From assembly GCA_031406575.1 (NCBI GenBank), contig JANOHP010000015.1, forward strand, positions 25,205-89,204: a DNA stretch of 64,000 bases, read 5' to 3'. Each line of letters opens with the position of its first letter. Positions within the stretch are counted from its first letter, which is position 1. A program made the position numbers and the translations under genes. The notes under the pieces are model-generated. The model had not been told where the DNA came from. It made no database searches and saw only the letters and a list, made by a program, of their open reading frames with translations. Source of the stretch: Hyphomicrobiales bacterium (GTDB lineage Bacteria > Pseudomonadota > Alphaproteobacteria > Rhizobiales > Hyphomicrobiaceae). Positions 62,522-64,000 of the stretch are shown here, piece by piece.

Positions 62522-63745
62522 TCAGGCGACCGCTGGCGCCGTCGGCCGTTCGACGGCGCGCTCGCGGATGGGCAGGTGAATCAGAGCCGCAAACAGCGCC
62601 AATCCGATCGAAATCCACCACATCATATCATAAGATTTGGTGAGATCGTACAGTCGGCCGCCCAGCCATAGGCCCACGAACGATCCAAGTTGGTGGGACA
62701 GAAAGACCAGCCCGAACAGCATCGACATCCATTGGGGTCCGAAAAAGGTCGCGACCATCGCGCTCGTCAGCGGCACGGTCGACAGCCAGAAGAAGCCGAG
62801 CAGGATGCTGACGCCGATGATCGTCCAGGCGTTCATGGGCAGGAACAACAGCCCCAAGAACGCAAAAATACGCATGAAGTAGATGAAGGCCAGCGTCAGG
62901 CGTTTTTCCGCGAGCTTGGTCGATTGTCCGGCGAGGTACGTGCCGATGATGTTGGCGATGCCGACAGCCGTCAGCGCCGCAACGGCGACACCGCCGGGCA
63001 AGCCCTGGTCGGCAACGAAGGCGGGCAAGTGGACCGCGTAGAACGCGACGTGGAACCCGCAGACGAAGAAGCCGGCGATCAACAGCCAGAAACTGGGATA
63101 TCGCAGCGCTTCCGACATGGCTTCGCCGAAGCCTTGCGGGCGGCCGGGCGCGGGAGCAATAGCGCGTTTGGTGAACACCAGCGCCAGAGGCAGCAGCATC
63201 GCGATCGTCCCGGCCATCACGAGTAGTGTCGTCTTCCAGCCGAGCCATTCCATGAACAGATGCGTGTAGGGGAATGCCAGAAAGCCACCGATCCCACCGG
63301 CCATGCCGAGGGAGGCCAGCGCTTGCGGACGTTTCTCGGCAGGTACCGCGCGACCGACCGCGCCCACGAGCGCCGAGACGCCGGTGCCGGCGATGCCGAT
63401 CCCCAAAATGACTCCGCTGATCAACAGAGCGATCTCGCTCTGGGCTGCCCACATCGTCAAAAGGCCGGCGAGCGTCGCCACCGCGCCGATCACGATCACG
63501 GTGGCCGAACCGAACCGATCCGCAATGAAGCCCATGGGCATCGCGAATAAGCCCCACACCAAATTCGCAATCGCCATCGCCAGCGAGAAGGGTTCACGCC
63601 CGATGTTCAACTCCGTGGTCATCGGCGTCAGAAACAACCCCATGACCTGGCGTAGGCCCATGGCCGTGCCCACGATCAGCCCCGCCGCCAAAATCACGAG
63701 CCAGACGGGATGGGCCGCTGTTACCGGCAAGAAGGACTTCTGCAT
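62522..63745 (-). CDS. MFS transporter
   Basis: 407 aa with ~12 TM segments, MQKSFLPVTAAHPVWLVILAAGLIVGTAMG... Confidence 0.8.
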   Translation of the reverse strand: MQKSFLPVTAAHPVWLVILAAGLIVGTAMGLRQVMGLFLTPMTTELNIGREPFSLAMAIANLVWGLFAMPMGFIADRFGSATVIVIGAVATLAGLLTMWAAQSEIALLISGVILGIGIAGTGVSALVGAVGRAVPAEKRPQALASLGMAGGIGGFLAFPYTHLFMEWLGWKTTLLVMAGTIAMLLPLALVFTKRAIAPAPGRPQGFGEAMSEALRYPSFWLLIAGFFVCGFHVAFYAVHLPAFVADQGLPGGVAVAALTAVGIANIIGTYLAGQSTKLAEKRLTLAFIYFMRIFAFLGLLFLPMNAWTIIGVSILLGFFWLSTVPLTSAMVATFFGPQWMSMLFGLVFLSHQLGSFVGLWLGGRLYDLTKSYDMMWWISIGLALFAALIHLPIRERAVERPTAPAVA

Positions 63746-64000
63746 CGAATGCCTCGGACTTTCGGAGCTGCTTGGAGCGGGAGTTCAGTTTGGAACAGAT
63801 CGCGCGGCGCGCTTTAATGCCATGCGGCACACATGCCTGCCACCCCGGTGCACCACAAGCGAATTCTTTGCAGGGCACACCTGAGCAGACCTCATAGGTC
63901 ACTCGCCCGACGCACCGTCACACCCACACGTCGAACGCGCCGGGAAACGGCCGATTCGCCGGCTAATCCCGACCGGTAAAGCGCACGCAGAGCGATGCTT

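Overview
High-GC (roughly 63-65% by eye) chromosomal segment. It looks alphaproteobacterial (Hyphomicrobiales-like): sucD-sucA-sucB-x-lpdA order, maf-yacG, and REP units that translate as PAFAGMT-type peptides; this assignment is inference only. I support about 57 protein genes and one tRNA-Leu(UAA). Housekeeping content: TCA-cycle genes (sucD, sucA, sucB, lpdA), maf, yacG, dapA, smpB, glpK, uvrB, an Slt-type lytic transglycosylase, AsmA, cobB-type sirtuin, and a LivK/HM/G/F-like ABC system. Also present are lutA/lutB/lutC with an MFS gene, the prkA-yeaH-spoVR stress module, and several fatty-acyl-CoA genes: five acyl-CoA dehydrogenases (two of them in translationally linked pairs), a MaoC hydratase, an SDR, a family III CoA-transferase and a crotonase. 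No CRISPR array, integrase, transposase or rRNA was seen. The most interesting signal is a recurring architecture in which small accessory cassettes sit inside otherwise conserved operons. (1) A Uma2/DUF820-like nuclease gene lies between prkA and yeaH. It is bounded by a diverged duplicate of the yeaH 5' end and translationally coupled on both sides. (2) A vapBC module is bracketed by two diverged copies of a CoA-transferase 3' end. (3) A decayed HigB2-like toxin, plus an antitoxin N-terminus fused to a DUF1508/YegP domain, is inserted between the binding-protein and permease genes of an ABC operon. (4) A low-GC island with an opposite-strand orphan lipoprotein gene and a bidirectional terminator splits lutA from lutBC. 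Also notable: a family of about 90-100 nt GTGAGTGG-rich long hairpins in two intercistronic gaps, several REP-type palindromes, a HicB-like ORF too short for the ORF track, and sucD without sucC. All family names come from by-eye motif recognition and need HMM or BLAST confirmation.
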